A program made the translations under genes and the position numbers. Below, piece by piece: positions 52,300 through 62,365 of a stretch of DNA of 64,000 nt. Positions within the stretch are counted from its first letter, which is position 1; every line of letters starts with the position of its first letter. The notes below the pieces were generated by a model. It saw only the letters and a program-made list of their open reading frames with translations. It had not been told where the DNA came from and searched no databases. Origin of the DNA: an uncultured bacterium (lineage in GTDB: Bacteria > Babelota > Babeliae > Babelales > Babelaceae); the NCBI GenBank assembly GCA_963722385.1, contig CAVRKK010000001.1:268838-332837 (forward strand), given 5' to 3'.

Positions 52300-55200
52300 A
52301 TGTATTTTAGTCGAAGTACTCTCTACACTTTAATGGCTCTCTCCATCTGGTTCAAAGGCTCAGAAATACAGGCCGCATGCTCGGTGATTGATGCTAAAAA
52401 TTATGCGTTGCCACAGGGTTCTACGGATCCTGGATCAATGGCGATTGCACCGAGCGGCTCTTATCTTGCGACCGCTAATTTGCAATCAAATAATGTAACA
52501 CTGTTTACCGTTGGCTCGGGCGGAGCCCTCGGTAATGCGAAGTCTTATTTGTTGCCTTCAGGTTCTTCTTCTTCCTCAGTGGCATTTTCACCTGATAGTT
52601 CCTATCTTGCTGCCGCTAGTGTTGGCTCAAATAATGTCACCATATTTCAAGTAGGATCGGGAGGAGCATTAAGTGGAGCAACTTCATATGCATTACCATC
52701 AGGTTCTACTTATCCTCAATCAGTAGCATTCTCACCTGATGGTTCCTATCTTGCTACCGCTAATGTTGGCTCAAATGATGTCACCATATTTCAAGTAGGA
52801 TCGGGAGGAGCATTAAGTGGAGCGACTTCATATGCATTACCCTCGGGTTCTTCATTTCCTTCATCAATAGTATTTTCGCCTAATGGTTCCTATCTTGCTA
52901 CCGCTAATTCAAACTCAAGTAATGTGACAATATTTAGCGTAGGAGCAGGAGGAGTCCTATCGACTGGAGCAACATATGCATTACCATCCGGTTCTTCTTC
53001 TTCCTCAGTTGCCTTTTCACCTGATAGTTCCTATCTTGCTACTGCTAACTATAGTTCAAGTAACGTGACAATATTTACTGTTGGATCAGGAGGAGTCTTA
53101 TCGGGAGGAACATCATATGCCTTGCCAGGCGGTTCTACAAATCCTAGCTCAGTAGCATTTTCCCCCGATGGTTCCTACCTTGCCACAGCTAATTACCATT
53201 CAGCTAATGTAACCGTATTTACAGCAAGCTCAGGAACTCTCAGTAACCCGATTTCTTATTCATTGCCGTCAGGTTCTACCGATCCAGCAGCTGTAGCATT
53301 TTTACCTGATGGCTCCTACCTTGCCACCGCTAATGAAACCTCAAACAATGTAACAACGTTTGGCGTAGGAACAGGAGGGGCACTGAGTAATGCTTCATCG
53401 TATGCGTTGCCACCAGGCTCTACGCTACCCTTGTCGGTGGCATTCTCGCCTGACGGGTCTTACCTTGCTACTGCAAACGAATATTCGAATAACGTGACAA
53501 TATTTAGCGTGGGGGCAGGAGGAACTCTGGATACAGCAGACTGTTACGCATTGCCTTCGGGTTCCTTTTATCCTATAGCAGTAGCATTTTCACCCAATGG
53601 TTCCTATCTTGCTACGGCTAATGGTAGCTCAAGCGACGTAACAATATTTACGGTAGGATCCGGTGGGGCGCTGAGTAATGCAACTTCTTGCGCGTTGCCG
53701 TCAGGTTCTACAGCCCCTGGCGCGGTGGCATTCTCGCCTGACGGGTCTTATCTTGCTACGGCTAATACCGGATCAAATGACGTGACAATATTTACCGTAG
53801 GAACGGGCGGAATTTTAAGTAACGCAACTTCTTATCAAGTCGGGGCATCCTCCCCTTACTCAGTGGCATTTTCACCCAATGGTTCCTATCTTGCTACCGC
53901 TAATACAGACTCAAGTAATGTGACAATACTTAGCGTAGGAGCAGGAGGAGTCCTATCGACTGGAGCAACATATGCATTACCATCCGGTTCTAATTATCCT
54001 TACTCAGTTGCCTTTTCTCCTGACGGGTCTTACCTTGCTACTGCAAACGAATATTCGAATAACGTGACAATATTTAGCGTAGGAGCAGGAGGAGTCCTAT
54101 CGACTGAAGCAACATATGCATTACCGCCAAGTTCTTCTTATCCTCAATCAGTAGCATTCTCACCTGATGGTTCCTATCTTGCTACCGCTAATGTTGGCTC
54201 AAATGATGTCACCGTATTTCAAGTAAACCCAGAGGGAGTTCCCAACCATGCTGTCTCGTACGCGTTGCCACGAGGCGCGGCAACGCCCTTCTCCGTAGCC
54301 TTTTCCCCTAATGGGTCTTGTATTGCTACCGCTAGTCCTAACTTAAACACCGTAACGCTCTTTAGGCTTGGCTGCTCTAGCCCAGCAGTTTCTTACGCTG
54401 TGGTGGCAGGAGGCTCTCAGGAGCCAGATGCGGTAGCATTTTCACGCAATGGCGCATATCTTGCAACAGCAAATTATAACTCAAGTGACGTAACACTTTT
54501 TGAAGTACATAATAACAACACCATCAGCAATCTTTTTTTAAGAACGTCTTTCCCCTTGCCATCAGGCTCACTACAACCTACCGGCATAACTTTTTCTTCA
54601 GATAGCTCATATCTAGCAACAGCCAATAGTAATTCAAATGATGTTACCCTTTTTAAATTACTCAACGGCAACTTGACGGCAGGAACTTCCTATTCGTTAC
54701 CTGATGGATCAAGTAACCCGATGTCATTAGCCTTTTCGCCCGATGATTCTTACCTTGCCGTAGCCAACAGCAATTCAAGCGACGTAACATTGTTTCAGTT
54801 TGCTACAGGGCAATTGAATAACGCTCTTTCGTATCCGTTACCTACCGGGTCGTCATATCCCGTAGCCGTCATATGTGCGCCTGATGGCACCTATCTTTTA
54901 ACAGCAAACGCGCAATCAAGTGATGTAACCCTCTTTCAGGTGACAGGTGGCGCGTTAAGTAACGGTATTTCTCAATCTCTTCCATCAGGTTCGGTAGAAC
55001 CCCGGTCAATAGCGCTTATAGGTAATAATAGAAATAACGTATTGTTTGGTACTGCTAATGCCCGTTCACATGATATAACTATTTTTACTTTAGCATCGGG
55101 CGCGCTGAGCAACGGTATCTCATACCCGCTTCCCGCAGGCGCACTTACGCCCGTATCGATTGCCGCTTCCTCTAATGGAGAGTTTGTTGCTACTGCCAAT

Positions 55201-55608
55201 GGCGCTTCTAATACCATTACTCTTTTTAAAAATAATAATGGCGCTTTAAACAATGGCACCTCATACCATCTGCCTGCTAATTCTACTGACTGCGTATCGA
55301 TAGCTATTGCCCCTCTGCTGAGTTTCAATGGAAGTACGCCTATTGCCACCGCCAATTTTTACTCAAATGATGTGTCACTTTTCCCGCTCTTTGGTTCCGA
55401 AATTTTTGCAGGAGATGGCTCATCAGGAGATGGCTCAGGAGGAAGTTCAAGCAGTAATGCTGATTTGGGTGCTATTCTAGGCACAACACTCGGAACAACA
55501 ATAGGATTCGGAGCCGGACTTACTTTAGCGAGCATTGCTACTTATTTTGTCTATCGGTACTATAAAAATCGCAGTGGCCTTAATAATTTTGCTGACCCAC
55601 AAATATAA
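52300..55608 (+). CDS. Membrane-anchored 21-blade beta-propeller repeat protein (lactonase/WD40-like)
   Basis: 21 copies of a ~46-aa repeat SVAFSPDGSYLATAN..S..VTIF; signal peptide; C-terminal TM and basic tail. Confidence 0.88.
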   Translation: MYFSRSTLYTLMALSIWFKGSEIQAACSVIDAKNYALPQGSTDPGSMAIAPSGSYLATANLQSNNVTLFTVGSGGALGNAKSYLLPSGSSSSSVAFSPDSSYLAAASVGSNNVTIFQVGSGGALSGATSYALPSGSTYPQSVAFSPDGSYLATANVGSNDVTIFQVGSGGALSGATSYALPSGSSFPSSIVFSPNGSYLATANSNSSNVTIFSVGAGGVLSTGATYALPSGSSSSSVAFSPDSSYLATANYSSSNVTIFTVGSGGVLSGGTSYALPGGSTNPSSVAFSPDGSYLATANYHSANVTVFTASSGTLSNPISYSLPSGSTDPAAVAFLPDGSYLATANETSNNVTTFGVGTGGALSNASSYALPPGSTLPLSVAFSPDGSYLATANEYSNNVTIFSVGAGGTLDTADCYALPSGSFYPIAVAFSPNGSYLATANGSSSDVTIFTVGSGGALSNATSCALPSGSTAPGAVAFSPDGSYLATANTGSNDVTIFTVGTGGILSNATSYQVGASSPYSVAFSPNGSYLATANTDSSNVTILSVGAGGVLSTGATYALPSGSNYPYSVAFSPDGSYLATANEYSNNVTIFSVGAGGVLSTEATYALPPSSSYPQSVAFSPDGSYLATANVGSNDVTVFQVNPEGVPNHAVSYALPRGAATPFSVAFSPNGSCIATASPNLNTVTLFRLGCSSPAVSYAVVAGGSQEPDAVAFSRNGAYLATANYNSSDVTLFEVHNNNTISNLFLRTSFPLPSGSLQPTGITFSSDSSYLATANSNSNDVTLFKLLNGNLTAGTSYSLPDGSSNPMSLAFSPDDSYLAVANSNSSDVTLFQFATGQLNNALSYPLPTGSSYPVAVICAPDGTYLLTANAQSSDVTLFQVTGGALSNGISQSLPSGSVEPRSIALIGNNRNNVLFGTANARSHDITIFTLASGALSNGISYPLPAGALTPVSIAASSNGEFVATANGASNTITLFKNNNGALNNGTSYHLPANSTDCVSIAIAPLLSFNGSTPIATANFYSNDVSLFPLFGSEIFAGDGSSGDGSGGSSSSNADLGAILGTTLGTTIGFGAGLTLASIATYFVYRYYKNRSGLNNFADPQI

Positions 55609-55692
55609 CTGATAATTATTAGCACATCTTCTTTTCTAAAAAAGCCCCCTAGAGTGCCATCAAAAATGCTATAAAGCGTACAATTATTGATT

Positions 55693-55736
55693 TAATGGCA
55701 GAATAATGGCAAAATAATGGCAGAATAACGGCAAAA
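55693..55736 (+). repeat. Four tandem 11-bp repeats upstream of the fic gene
   Basis: taatggcagaa taatggcaaaa taatggcagaa taacggcaaaa. Confidence 0.9.
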
Positions 55737-55746
55737 AAGGGGGCCT

Positions 55747-56847
55747 ATGTTTAGCCCAGTTTTCTCTATCACACCCCAGATTGCTTCAGACTTGATGCGT
55801 ATAGAGGCTATCAAACAAGAATTTGTGAGTCTACCATTAACTCCTGCTGTATTATCGTCACTCAAAGAGACGGCCCGCCTCGAGTCAATTCATTACTCGA
55901 CGCAAATCGAAGGCAATCGGCTCACCGAGCACGAGGTCGCTCAAGTTATCAAGAAATCTGCTCACATTCCTGGAAGAGAAAGAGACCAACAAGAAGTACT
56001 GGGGTACTACATCGCCCTTGAGTACGTAGAGCATACTGCTCAAGAGGGAACGTCTATAACGGAGCACATAATACAGAAAATCCACGCGTTACTCATGAGC
56101 GCAGGCAATAGAAGAGCCAAGCCAACCCCTTACCGAAGTGGACAAAACGTCATTCGGGACAGCGCGTCGCACGCCATCGTCTACCTACCGCCTGAAGCCC
56201 AAGACGTTCCCTTGCTTATGCATGATTTTTTTGAGTGGCTGGAAAGCCCTCGCCTTGAAAATTTCCCGCTCCCGCTTAAAGCAGGGATTGCCCATTACCA
56301 ATTTGCCACTATTCACCCTTACTATGACGGCAATGGCCGAACAGCGCGCCTGTTAACGATGCTTATTCTCCACAAGAGCGGCTATAGCCTTAAAGGGATC
56401 TACTCCTTGGACGAATATTATGCAAAAAATTTACCTGCGTACTACGAAGCTCTTGACGTAAGTCCATCCCATAATTACTACATGGGCCGTGCAGAGGCTG
56501 ATATTACCCGCTGGCTTGAGTATTTCTGTGCCGGCATGGTGGAAAGCTTTAGCAAGGTTAGAGATCAAGCCCTAAAAGCCGCTGCAAGAAACGAAACCGA
56601 CCAATCGCGTGAGCTAAAAAAGCTTAATGCTCGCCAACGTAAAGTTTTGTCGCTCTTTGAAACATCAGCAACTATAACGGCCAAAGATATGGAGCAGCTG
56701 CTCCATATCAGCGCACGCAGTGCCCGAGCGCTCTGTCAGCAATGGACCACAGAGGGGTTTCTTGAGCTGGCAGACACAGCAAAAAAGTCACGAAAGTACA
56801 ATCTTGGTTATATTTGGCAAAATTGTCTGAACCAAGCCTGCGACTGA
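55747..56847 (+). CDS. Fic-domain protein (class II) with C-terminal wHTH
   Basis: STQIEGN inhibitory helix, HPYYDGNGRTAR. Confidence 0.93.
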   Translation: MFSPVFSITPQIASDLMRIEAIKQEFVSLPLTPAVLSSLKETARLESIHYSTQIEGNRLTEHEVAQVIKKSAHIPGRERDQQEVLGYYIALEYVEHTAQEGTSITEHIIQKIHALLMSAGNRRAKPTPYRSGQNVIRDSASHAIVYLPPEAQDVPLLMHDFFEWLESPRLENFPLPLKAGIAHYQFATIHPYYDGNGRTARLLTMLILHKSGYSLKGIYSLDEYYAKNLPAYYEALDVSPSHNYYMGRAEADITRWLEYFCAGMVESFSKVRDQALKAAARNETDQSRELKKLNARQRKVLSLFETSATITAKDMEQLLHISARSARALCQQWTTEGFLELADTAKKSRKYNLGYIWQNCLNQACD

Positions 56848-56951
56848 TAGCTCAAACACCTAATTATCTGGCCGGGTAGCCAAAAAAGCCGATTTGTGAT
56901 AGAGTAATATCATATTACCTAAATCTCTCTCACCCGCATATTTTAAACAGC

Positions 56952-58772
56952 ATGGAACAAAAAAACATCGATTTATCAAACTTTCCTCCCGAGCGAATTC
57001 GGAATTTTGCCGTAATTGCCCATATAGACCATGGCAAGTCTACCTTGTGTGACCGGCTTCTCGAATTTACCGGAACGCTTTCTACCCGTAATCGTGTTGA
57101 CCAATTTTTGGATAAACTCCAGGTCGAGCGCGAGCGAGGTATTACCGTCAAAGCTCAGAGTGCATCAATGTTCTACGAGTACGAAGGGCAAACCTACTTG
57201 CTCAACTTAATTGATACTCCTGGGCATGTGGATTTTAGTTATGAAGTTTCACGCTCATTGTATGCAAGCCAGGGAGTACTCTTGTTGGTTGATGCTACCC
57301 AGGGCGTTCAGGCTCAGACGATGGCCAATTTCTATCTTGCCTTTGATCAGAAGCTCGCCATTATTCCCATTATCAATAAGATCGATTTGCCAAGCGCAAG
57401 CCCCGATCGTATTGAAAAGGAACTCAAGCAGCTTTTCGAATTTGATGCTCACGATGCCATTCGAGCCTCGGCAAAAACGGGCACTGGTATAAAAGAGATC
57501 CTCAATGCTATCATTCAGCGCATTCCAGCGCCGCAAAGTGATCCCAGCCAGCCTCTGAAAGCACTGCTTTTTGACTCCTGGTATGATGATTACAAAGGGG
57601 TGGTTTGCTTGATTGCCGTTAAAAATGGCATGATCAAAAAAGGAGACATGATCACCTTGGCGCAAGCAGATGCCTCATACGAGGTGCTTGAGCTCGGCAT
57701 ACTGCACCCTAACGAAACACCTCAACCGGCGCTTTACGCGGGGCAAGTAGGATATCTTATTACCGGCATGAAAACGGTGCGCGAGGCACGAGTTGGCGAC
57801 ACGATTTATCATACCAAAAAACCGGTAATACCATTCAGCGGGTTTCGGCCGGCTAAGCCTATGGTCTTTGCCGGTATTTACCCCGTTGAAAGCGATGATT
57901 TCGAGCCGCTTCAGGATGCTATCGAAAAGCTCACTCTCAATGATGCAAGCGTAACGCTTGAAAAAAAATCATCGGCTGCGTTAGGTCTGGGCTTTCGGTG
58001 CGGCTTTCTTGGGCTTTTGCATATGGACGTTTTTAAGCAGCGCCTTGAGCAAGAGTATAACTTATCAGTAATTGCCACCGCGCCAAGCGTGCTCTACAAG
58101 ATCAGGCTTAAGGATGGCGAGACGGTAGATATTGAGAATCCGTCCGATTTTCCAGATACAACCAAGATAGAAACCATTTTTGAGCCCACCATTAACGCAA
58201 CGATTATTCTGCCTAAAGAGTATCTTGGCGCCGTTATCAAGCTGTGCCAGGAAAAACGTGGCCAGCAAAAGGGGCTCGATTACTTAAACGAGGACCGGAT
58301 CATCTTGACCTACCACTTACCTCTTAATGAGATAGCAACCGACTTTTACGATGAGCTTAAGTCGATCAGCTCAGGTTACGCAAGCTTGGACTATGAAGAG
58401 GGCCACTACAAAGAAGCTTCTTTGGTCAAAATGGATATCTTGCTCAATGGTAAACCAGTTGATGCTTTATCTCTCATCGTGCACGTGGATCGTGCCTATT
58501 ATTTGGGGCGTGAATTGGCTGCTAAATTAAGAAAAGTTATACCACGCCAGCTTTTTGAAGTCGCTATTCAGGCGGCGATTGGATCAAAAATTATAGCCCG
58601 CGAGACTATTTCTCCCCTACGCAAAGACGTAACCGCCAAATGCTATGGAGGCGATATAACGAGAAAAAGAAAATTATGGGAGAAGCAAAAAGAGGGCAAG
58701 AAAAAGCTTAAGCGCGTAGGTTCGGTCGAGGTTCCCCAAGAAGCATTTTTAGCTATACTCAAAAAAGATTAA
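56952..58772 (+). CDS. lepA: Translation factor EF-4/LepA
   Basis: IAHIDHGKSTL, GFRCGFLGLLHM, KCYGGDITRKRKL. Confidence 0.98.
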   Translation: MEQKNIDLSNFPPERIRNFAVIAHIDHGKSTLCDRLLEFTGTLSTRNRVDQFLDKLQVERERGITVKAQSASMFYEYEGQTYLLNLIDTPGHVDFSYEVSRSLYASQGVLLLVDATQGVQAQTMANFYLAFDQKLAIIPIINKIDLPSASPDRIEKELKQLFEFDAHDAIRASAKTGTGIKEILNAIIQRIPAPQSDPSQPLKALLFDSWYDDYKGVVCLIAVKNGMIKKGDMITLAQADASYEVLELGILHPNETPQPALYAGQVGYLITGMKTVREARVGDTIYHTKKPVIPFSGFRPAKPMVFAGIYPVESDDFEPLQDAIEKLTLNDASVTLEKKSSAALGLGFRCGFLGLLHMDVFKQRLEQEYNLSVIATAPSVLYKIRLKDGETVDIENPSDFPDTTKIETIFEPTINATIILPKEYLGAVIKLCQEKRGQQKGLDYLNEDRIILTYHLPLNEIATDFYDELKSISSGYASLDYEEGHYKEASLVKMDILLNGKPVDALSLIVHVDRAYYLGRELAAKLRKVIPRQLFEVAIQAAIGSKIIARETISPLRKDVTAKCYGGDITRKRKLWEKQKEGKKKLKRVGSVEVPQEAFLAILKKD

Positions 58773-58784
58773 AAAGGCGAGGTT

Positions 58785-59867
58785 TTGATGCCAGAACATA
58801 ACATTATGCAGGCAAAAGCACCTTTTACCGGAAACATTTTTGCATTTCACAGCTTTGATGTAGGGGATGATATTGATCTTGAGCACATTAAGAGTTCCAA
58901 TATCTTGATTGCTAAGCCTCTCCTTCTCTCAAAGTACTTTAAAAATTATCATATACCGCTTGCTGTCGAGCTACCCCATCCACAAAGAAGCCCTCGTTGC
59001 GTAAGCACTAAATTGCACAATTTTGGCGTCATTACTCTTCGCTACCAGGTGCCATTTTCAGCTACCTTTGAAGATTTGCGCTCTTATATTAACACTATTG
59101 ATGAGCAATATCGCGAGCAAAGCGTAACAGATGCTGGCACGCTGTTCCAAAAAATTAAACATGAAATCAAACAGCCAAAATTTTTCCACTTACGTAGCTC
59201 GTACATGCTTATCCAGGTTAACACCGATCCCGAGAAAAATGATGTGGTCAACTTTAAGCATGAGCATGGTAACCTGATAGCCTCGATGGTACGCTTTGAA
59301 ACCGAAGCACTTTCCGAATACCAAAAGAACGAGATGCTCGAGTCAGCTATTGGGTATTATCAAGGCGATTTGATTATCGTTGATACCGATGCAACATTTG
59401 CCTATGATGACGAATACGAAGATAAGCTTGATATTTTTGAGTTTGCTAACATTCAGCACCTTGAACTCCAGTACTTTGACCGGGTCCTTGATAAGCGCCT
59501 CAATGTCTTTTACGAACGAAAAGTTAAGTCGCTTTCCTGGAGCGCCTATGTTCCTGTTATCGGCACAGCGCTTGCGGAGCCTATCAGCGAGCTTGATGAG
59601 CTTCAGGTCGATATCTCAGTGATTACTGATCGGCTGGAAAATAGCGTCAAGCTTGCCGGCGACCCTTACTACACAGAGCTTTATTCGCTGCTGGTTGAAA
59701 AGCTCGACCTGAAAAGCTGGCGTGAGTCTATCCATAATAAGCTTGCCATTGTACATAATATTACCTCAGTTCACCAAAATAGAATTGATAGCGGGCGTGG
59801 TGACTTTCTGTCAACCATCGTCATTATTCTTATCTTTATCGAAATTCTCATAGCTTTTTATAAGTAA
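58785..59867 (+). CDS. RMD1/DUF155-like protein
   Basis: FGVIT, E.AN.Q.LEL.YFD..LD, WRESI..KL, C-terminal hydrophobic helix. Confidence 0.55.
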   Translation: MMPEHNIMQAKAPFTGNIFAFHSFDVGDDIDLEHIKSSNILIAKPLLLSKYFKNYHIPLAVELPHPQRSPRCVSTKLHNFGVITLRYQVPFSATFEDLRSYINTIDEQYREQSVTDAGTLFQKIKHEIKQPKFFHLRSSYMLIQVNTDPEKNDVVNFKHEHGNLIASMVRFETEALSEYQKNEMLESAIGYYQGDLIIVDTDATFAYDDEYEDKLDIFEFANIQHLELQYFDRVLDKRLNVFYERKVKSLSWSAYVPVIGTALAEPISELDELQVDISVITDRLENSVKLAGDPYYTELYSLLVEKLDLKSWRESIHNKLAIVHNITSVHQNRIDSGRGDFLSTIVIILIFIEILIAFYK

Positions 59868-59908
59868 ATAACCTGTGCAGCGAAATTATCTCGCTGCACA
59901 GGTTATTT
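59866..59908. terminator. Bidirectional terminator hairpin
   Basis: aaataacctgtgcagcga / tcgctgcacaggttattt 18-bp perfect stem between convergent genes. Confidence 0.85.
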
Positions 59909-59931
59909 GTTCTTTTACTATCAGCGAATAC

Positions 59932-61017
59932 TTAACCCAACAGATTCTTTATAAATTGCTTTTCGACTGGATACAGCACTTTTGAAACCTGGCGGGTGAG
60001 TACTCCCGTGTAGATACCCTTTTTCATGTCCTTAGGCGTAATAAGATGCTCATCTGCATGCTTAAGTGTATCAAGCAACCACTTATCGAGCTCGTCAACA
60101 ATATACAGATCGCTATATCGTCTCACGGTTTTTTCTATAATAAGACTCACTACCTTGGGAAGCTGGGGCCCGAGGAGGTCAACGGCAACCCTTTCCGCTA
60201 ACTCAGATCCTAACTGATAGGAAATGATGGCAAACACTAACCCGGCAGAAATCGTCGATGTTTGTAAAAAGAGGCGGCCAAGATTTATTGCTATAGCATC
60301 GGGATTTACGTCTATATCATGCTTGACTTGATAATATACTTCCTTTTCTTTCTGCATCAAACAATAAGGATCTTGGAGGCCACACGTAAGCGCTGTTCCA
60401 TGATATGGCTTAATCGGATATGATAAGTCAGAAACCGGCGTCCCCTGAGTACTTTTGATAAACTGGTTCCAGGCCTCTTCGAGGCTACTCGCCGTGCCGA
60501 CAGCATGGGCAACCTCTAAAAAGTCATCAACAGCTTTTTTCATGTTGCTCAATGTTGCATAGCCAGTCTGTTTGATAAGCTCACCGCTCGTCATAGCCAT
60601 GCTGGTCCCTAAGTGCCAGCTACTTCGTAAAAACTTAAGCAAGAGGGGGATTTTTTCCCCTGCGTTGAACGCGCCCATGAGCGCGCTCGCAGAGGAATAA
60701 GTAAAACCAGTTTTTTGAAAGATAGCCCGCAGCGTTTCGGCCAAAGAGCTCAATAATGCCGTTGTTAACGATCGCGCCATTATTTCTCGCTTATCAGGTT
60801 CGCTAAGATTTTCTGGCAATTTTTCCTCAAGAGCACTTTTGATTTCTGGATTCTCTAATGCAGCCTTGGTATAGCCGCTTATAAAGTAGCGAGCACCATA
60901 ACCTAACGCAAATAAACTAAGCTGTGCGGCCCGCGTAGCAGACGGATTTTGTGCCTCAACAATATTACCTGATACAAAAGAAAAGATCACAAATAAAAGA
61001 CAACTTTTGACCGTCAT
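59932..61017 (-). CDS. Hypothetical secreted/membrane protein, paralog of 61165..62313
   Basis: Signal peptide; HGTALTCGLQDPYCLMQ. Confidence 0.75.
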   Translation of the reverse strand: MTVKSCLLFVIFSFVSGNIVEAQNPSATRAAQLSLFALGYGARYFISGYTKAALENPEIKSALEEKLPENLSEPDKREIMARSLTTALLSSLAETLRAIFQKTGFTYSSASALMGAFNAGEKIPLLLKFLRSSWHLGTSMAMTSGELIKQTGYATLSNMKKAVDDFLEVAHAVGTASSLEEAWNQFIKSTQGTPVSDLSYPIKPYHGTALTCGLQDPYCLMQKEKEVYYQVKHDIDVNPDAIAINLGRLFLQTSTISAGLVFAIISYQLGSELAERVAVDLLGPQLPKVVSLIIEKTVRRYSDLYIVDELDKWLLDTLKHADEHLITPKDMKKGIYTGVLTRQVSKVLYPVEKQFIKNLLG

Positions 61018-61164
61018 AGAAACCTCCTGACTAATGGCTCAACATTCAGCTGCTCAAATCTTGCATATTTCTATTATAAATTATATCAGAAATTTAAATC
61101 AAGAGATAGCAAAATAAACCCATCACAAGTAAAATTTCTAAGCATTTTTTGAGCCCGAAAAGTA

Positions 61165-62313
61165 TTATGGCCGCCCATACACGAGACGTGCAACCATATG
61201 AGCAATAGGCGTCAGTTCTTTCGTGAGGCCTTTGAGGGCAATTTTTTTTGCTTTTTCGCCGAGGGCGATCGCTTCTTTGAGATCTTTTGAATCAGGCAAA
61301 ATTTTGGTTCCAGCATTATCTTGCTTGGGCAGATAAAGCTCGGCGGTATGAACAATAAGTGATCTGGCCAGCTCCAGCAACAAATTATCTATTAAGTACG
61401 CGGTGATTATTTTAACAATCAAGGTTAATTCGAATGCGTCAATATACGCGAGGTGTAAACTAATCTGCTTGCTATTTTGCGTAACCATGTTCGTGAGAAG
61501 ATAAGCGGCAAGCGCACACAAGCTGCCCAAGCCTATTCCGGTCAATTCGATACCAATGCCAACAACTAAACGAGAAAAATTAAGTACCAGTTCTTGAGGA
61601 TGTATACCACTATCATAAGAGGGCACTTGGTGCCTCGAGCGCTGCATCCGGCAATAAAGATCTTGCTTGCCACAATCAAGCGCTGTCGCATGAGTGCTTA
61701 CAAGTGGATACCCCATCGCATACTCGTGTGCCAAATTCCCTTGACCACTAAAACCATTGGTCAAACCACGATAGCTAAATTGCACGCCTTCCATAACGCT
61801 CAAAAACAACTCCTTTACGAGCAAAACAATAGGTTTGCCGATATCTTGATAGACATCAGCGCCAGCCTGCAAAACATCTAGAATCAAGGGCAATTGTAAT
61901 CCTGCTCGAAATGCTTTAAGATAAGACTCGATAACCTCCTGGTCCATTTGAGCTTCTTTAAGCCAATCTTCAAGCCTACTCGTCGCGGTCTCTTGAACCA
62001 CCAGCGAAGATGCCTTGAAGCTTATATTTGGTTTTTGTTCAGGGTAGGTAGATGTCGGCTCGAGAATTTCCTCGCTCAAAATTTTGCTCGCGTGCTTTAA
62101 GAGGGCTCCCAAACCGTAAAAAGCGCTTATGATGGTGGTCGCTTTAATCAGCTGACTCATCTTGGAACCTATCGCAGGTTTTTCCATCGCCTTCGCCTGA
62201 CATGGTAAAAAAAGGAGCAAGAATATGAAAAGCCAGGTCTTTTTTTTGAGTACAGGAGCTAGGTTGCTAAATGAATGGTATGATTGAAGCATAGAGCCCG
62301 TAAAATTTTCCAA
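61165..62313 (-). CDS. Hypothetical secreted/membrane protein
   Basis: Signal peptide ..AKA-MEK; HATALDCGKQDLYCRMQ. Confidence 0.75.
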   Translation of the reverse strand: MENFTGSMLQSYHSFSNLAPVLKKKTWLFIFLLLFLPCQAKAMEKPAIGSKMSQLIKATTIISAFYGLGALLKHASKILSEEILEPTSTYPEQKPNISFKASSLVVQETATSRLEDWLKEAQMDQEVIESYLKAFRAGLQLPLILDVLQAGADVYQDIGKPIVLLVKELFLSVMEGVQFSYRGLTNGFSGQGNLAHEYAMGYPLVSTHATALDCGKQDLYCRMQRSRHQVPSYDSGIHPQELVLNFSRLVVGIGIELTGIGLGSLCALAAYLLTNMVTQNSKQISLHLAYIDAFELTLIVKIITAYLIDNLLLELARSLIVHTAELYLPKQDNAGTKILPDSKDLKEAIALGEKAKKIALKGLTKELTPIAHMVARLVYGRP

Positions 62314-62365
62314 AGAGACAGTTTTAGGTTATTCGAAAAAAACCGATGAGTCAAGCCGTAATAGC

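Noticed and set aside
52300..55736. Repeats as a CRISPR array
   Set aside because: The long repeats are in-frame coding blades and the 11-mers have no spacers
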